Of a DNA stretch of 64,000 bases, positions 60,858 through 64,000 are shown one piece after another. Below the pieces are notes generated by a model. It saw only the letters and a list, made by a program, of their open reading frames with translations, made no database searches and was not told the origin of the DNA. Position 1 is the stretch's first letter. Each line of letters opens with the position of its first letter. Position numbers and translations under genes: made by a program. This stretch comes from Allosphingosinicella sp. (GTDB lineage Bacteria; Pseudomonadota; Alphaproteobacteria; Sphingomonadales; Sphingomonadaceae), in assembly GCA_035714565.1 (NCBI GenBank), contig DASTLX010000040.1:14306-78305 (forward strand), read 5' to 3'.

Positions 60858-62149
60858 ACTTTTTTCACCCAGATAGGACGTAGAGCATGTTCGAAATGCC
60901 CTCCCATGTCCCAGAGGCCGTCGTTGGCTTTCAGCGCGTCAAGAAGTACCGGATTATCCAGTGCAAAATCCACATCAAATGGCACACGCACTCCCTCGGG
61001 TTTGATGCATTTTTCAATCCTAAGCCCTTTGGGCAGCCATTGATGAGGATCGGGGGTTACAGAGCTAATCATCATCAAGGCCTGCCCGCCATCATTCAGC
61101 AGAAGGGGAAGGGCCTCAAGGACATCCTTTACGAGATCAGTACCGCTTGTCGCCCCGCGCAGCTCCTGCCGTCCAGCTAGACGGCGTATCTGATGCTCGG
61201 GGATATACGGAGGGTTTGAGACCACTAAATCAAATCTTCTCCCAAACATGCTGCCGTCGAAAGCACCAATGATGAGGTTTCCCGACACCTCCTTGAGGTC
61301 AAAAGTGACTTCATGGCGCAGGTAGTTAGTAGCAGCACAAAGGACCGCGGTCGGCTCAATGTCAACACCGCATAGATAAAGCGGTCCTCCCGAATGTATA
61401 GCAGCACTACAGTATATGTGCCCGCTGCCTATTCCAACCTCTAGTACCGTCTTTGGCTTATGCACCCGAACATGCTCAGCCACAATCGAAGCCATTAACA
61501 AAGTGTCAATGGACGGACCAAAGACGCCGACATGGCGGCGGCGGTCCACATGGGTGAGAATGCCGCCGTGGACAATGGTCTTGTGACCACTCTGAATGAA
61601 GCTCTTTGCCAGATTTCTAGATCGCACATTAGCAAAGCAAACAGCGTCTTCCAGGCGCAGGAGCGCGCGCGGGTGACTGAGCCAGTCGACGAAATGCACA
61701 TGCATTTGGTCTGCGGCCATACCGTATTCTGCCAGATAGCAAGCTGAGAGGTCGTCAGGGTAAACCAGCAACGTACCTTCGCGTGGTATCTCTTGTGAGA
61801 TCGCAGCCGTGCGCAGCTGTCTTTCTATATCCCGAACGCAGCGTCTACGCAGTTCATCTAAATATAAGAGAAAACGCACGTTCTTGAGGTGCGCCGCCTC
61901 GTGAGGTGTATACAATGCACCCGCCGAAGAGGATTCAAAGGAACAGATCCATTCCTCGACAGTATTGAAATTACTTGACCGTCCGAACCGCTTGAAAAGG
62001 CGTCGAAAAGAGGTGTCGTGCAGCATTGATAGTATGTCGCCGGCGTCTCTAGTTTGAGGAAGGGGGGCTAAGGGAAGATATTCACTGGGCGCAATTTTTC
62101 TGCGCTCCTGCCAGAGCGTCTCTAAGGAAGTTCTGTCGAATTTGAGCAC
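60854..62149 (-). CDS. Class I SAM-dependent N-methyltransferase (HemK2/N6AMT1-like) with ~200-aa N-terminal extension
   Basis: VFGPSIDTLL, VLEVGIGSG, GVDI, FDLVVSNPPY. Confidence 0.85.
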   Translation of the reverse strand: MLKFDRTSLETLWQERRKIAPSEYLPLAPLPQTRDAGDILSMLHDTSFRRLFKRFGRSSNFNTVEEWICSFESSSAGALYTPHEAAHLKNVRFLLYLDELRRRCVRDIERQLRTAAISQEIPREGTLLVYPDDLSACYLAEYGMAADQMHVHFVDWLSHPRALLRLEDAVCFANVRSRNLAKSFIQSGHKTIVHGGILTHVDRRRHVGVFGPSIDTLLMASIVAEHVRVHKPKTVLEVGIGSGHIYCSAAIHSGGPLYLCGVDIEPTAVLCAATNYLRHEVTFDLKEVSGNLIIGAFDGSMFGRRFDLVVSNPPYIPEHQIRRLAGRQELRGATSGTDLVKDVLEALPLLLNDGGQALMMISSVTPDPHQWLPKGLRIEKCIKPEGVRVPFDVDFALDNPVLLDALKANDGLWDMGGHFEHALRPIWVKKV

Positions 62150-62509
62150 CTAATGGCCCTCCGGTGGTGCTCCACCATCTGCGCGTCCTGCCGTGCCGGC
62201 GATGTCTCGGGAAGCGTCCACTGGGTAGCGCTTCTCGTTGCGTTCGATTTTCTGTCCCGTACACGCAATCAAGTCAATATCCAGCTTATCGCACAAGTAA
62301 ATGAGGTAGACGAGAATGTCGGCGGACTCGCTGGCAACCGCCTCCCGTTGGCTTGCGCTGAGGTGGTCTTTCGGCGACAGCCACTGAAATATCTGCAAGA
62401 GCTCTGCTGCTTCGAGTGTTACTGAGATCGCCAAGTTTTTCAGATCGTGAAATTGGTCCCAATTTCGAGCGTCACGAAACTCTCGCAGCCGTTGCAGAAG
62501 TTCTTCCAT
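62150..62509 (-). CDS. MazG-like nucleotide pyrophosphohydrolase (DCTPP1/RS21-C6 type)
   Basis: FRDARNWDQFH..KNL, EAAE, ESAD, KIERNEKRYP. Confidence 0.92.
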   Translation of the reverse strand: MEELLQRLREFRDARNWDQFHDLKNLAISVTLEAAELLQIFQWLSPKDHLSASQREAVASESADILVYLIYLCDKLDIDLIACTGQKIERNEKRYPVDASRDIAGTAGRADGGAPPEGH

Positions 62510-62793
62510 CGATTGAACCCCGTCTCGTGTGAGCCCTCTACCATAGTTCGAGCTTAGGGGAACCGTGGGAAGTTATGGTGGCGCGATCGTTTGACAGGCT
62601 CAGTGAGCGCGATTCAGTTGACCAGTGGCGCTGATTCGGCGGGCACCGCGAAATGGCGGGATTCCGGCCCAGAAAAATTTTCTTGTGCGCACGAAAATAG
62701 GATTTGCCCGGCCGAGTAGCATTGCGCCGCAGCGGCGGAAATCCGGCGCGGATCGGGGCTTACAATAGGATTTGCCGGAGCGGGTAGATTGGC

Positions 62794-62830
62794 TTGACAG
62801 CGTCACGCTGTTATGGTACAAAAGAGGAAC
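62794..62830 (+). promoter_or_regulatory. Sigma-70-like promoter with overlapping LexA-like box
   Basis: TTGACA-N17-TACAAA; palindrome ACAGCGT-C-ACGCTGT; GTAC-N7-GAAC. Confidence 0.5.
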
Positions 62831-62929
62831 GCTGGAGAAGTGTAGCTTCCGCTTGCCGCCCCCCCAACGGGAACTGACCGGCTGAGGTTCCGGCGACTGT
62901 TTCGACTCCTCCGTGCGAACACATTTTTG

Positions 62930-63052
62930 AACGCAAAGACGCGAAGGCGCTAAGATTCCGCGAGCGGACTGGGGTCGGTTCGTCCTTGGCAAGGGCTATG
63001 GCCGCCTGCTTGAGCGGAGAGGAGCACTCCCCGCGCCTTGCGTCTTTGCGTT
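62930..63052. repeat. Inverted-repeat element, family D
   Basis: aacgcaaagacgc ... gcgtctttgcgtt. Confidence 0.75.
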
Positions 63053-63114
63053 AGAAATCGACGGGGCCGAGGTTCCGGGGAGATTTCGACCAGCTTGGTG
63101 CGAACTCATTTTGA

Positions 63115-63262
63115 AACGCGACGACGCTACGACGCGACGATTCTGAGGCTTGGACGGACGCCCGATAGTCCCGAATGCCGCGGCTCTGACTCGCCCCGGG
63201 GATGGAGGAGCGCTGCGCGCTGGTAGCGTCCGGGCATCGTTGCGTCGTTGCGTCGTCGCGTT
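63115..63262. repeat. Inverted-repeat element, family D variant with 8-nt subunits
   Basis: aacgcgacgacgctacgacgcgacg ... cgttgcgtcgttgcgtcgtcgcgtt. Confidence 0.75.
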
Positions 63263-63372
63263 GAAATCTCGTTCGGCACGGCGGCCGAGAACTAGAGCCT
63301 GACGCGCTTTCGGCGGTGACCGCAGGTCTTGGGCCGGCGCTTTTTGACAAGGAGAATGAGGGGTGAAGAAGG

Positions 63373-63427
63373 CCCCTCTACCGCCCTTCGGGCGGTCCCC
63401 CTCCCCTGCAAAGGCAGGGGAGGATTT
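63373..63427. repeat. Half copy of palindromic repeat family A
   Basis: cccctctacc...ggtccccctcccc...ggggaggat. Confidence 0.7.
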
Positions 63428-63558
63428 TCGGCTGCGCGGTCTCCGGGCCCGCAGCCTTTTTTGTTTCAGACGAGGAGGGCGTGATGACTGACGATGGTGA
63501 AGACCCGATCCTGACCGGGCGGAACGGGAAGCAGGGCGGCGCCGAGGATCGTCGCCCC

Positions 63559-63900
63559 CTAGTCGAAGATCTCTTCGAGCCAGGATTTGCGGCGCTTGTG
63601 GGGGCGGTGGCCGTAGCCGTGGTCGTGGTGGCCGCGCTGGTCGTAGCGGGGGTCGTAGCCGCCCTGGGGCGGGTAGGGCGCCTGGGGAGCGATCGGGGGC
63701 TGGGGGGCGCGGGGCGGCTCGGGCGCCCGCGGCGGCTCGGGCGGGGCCATGTCGCGGGCGGCGCGCTCGAGGATCTTGTCGAGCTCGCCCCGGTCGAGCC
63801 AGACTCCGCGGCATTGCGGGCAATAGTCGATCTCGACGCCCTGGCGCTCGCTCATCACCAAAGGGACGGCGCAATGGGGGCAGGTCATGGGGCCGGGCAT
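63559..63900 (-). CDS. zf-TFIIB-type zinc-ribbon protein
   Basis: CPHC...EIDYCPQCRGVWLDRGELDK, Pro-rich linker, SWLEEIFD end. Confidence 0.88.
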   Translation of the reverse strand: MPGPMTCPHCAVPLVMSERQGVEIDYCPQCRGVWLDRGELDKILERAARDMAPPEPPRAPEPPRAPQPPIAPQAPYPPQGGYDPRYDQRGHHDHGYGHRPHKRRKSWLEEIFD

Positions 63901-64000
63901 TCGTCTCTCCGTCGGCGATTGGCTGTCCGGGCGAGATAGGGCGGCGCGCCGGATTGGCAATGGCGCCCGGCGGCCGGCGCCGGCGCGCGCGTGTCGCGAC

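Noticed and set aside
60854..62149. Methyltransferase as part of a restriction-modification system or as housekeeping PrmC
   Set aside because: No endonuclease or specificity subunit nearby, motif context is HemK2-like, and it is neither next to prfA nor host-like in composition. DNA methylation is not formally excluded.

Overview
GC-rich alphaproteobacterial chromosome segment; gene content, codon style and REP-like repeats suggest Sphingomonadaceae (inference). The first ~34 kb is mostly housekeeping and metabolic genes (rplQ, thiolase, TonB-dependent receptor, cysQ, phoD, fghA/frmA, hmgA, gor, pgi, lepB-rnc-era, rtcB, cobB, P450, dapB-nth, tRNA-Arg) with several families of short palindromic repeats in the intergenic gaps. 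Accessory material: (1) an orphan AT-rich SLATT gene after era; (2) an unannotated 49-aa lasso-peptide-like precursor between a P450 and a GNAT; (3) a ~20 kb block after tRNA-Arg encoding a Crp regulator with tandem Crp boxes, a class III cyclase-ATPase-TPR protein, a DyP peroxidase fused to a P450-like domain, and two giant beta-rich/Fn3 proteins flanking an AT-rich metzincin gene; (4) upstream of ftsH, a BrnT/BrnA pair with a nonsense-inactivated toxin, a frameshifted duplicate of the ftsH 5' end, and an AT-rich, tightly coupled five-gene operon (MazG/DCTPP1-like pyrophosphatase, NPPY N-methyltransferase, WWGW-motif protein, dNMP-kinase-like P-loop protein, HAD phosphatase). That operon is the best candidate for an undescribed modified-nucleotide defence or signalling system. 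All family calls come from motif recognition by eye; no database searches were run.
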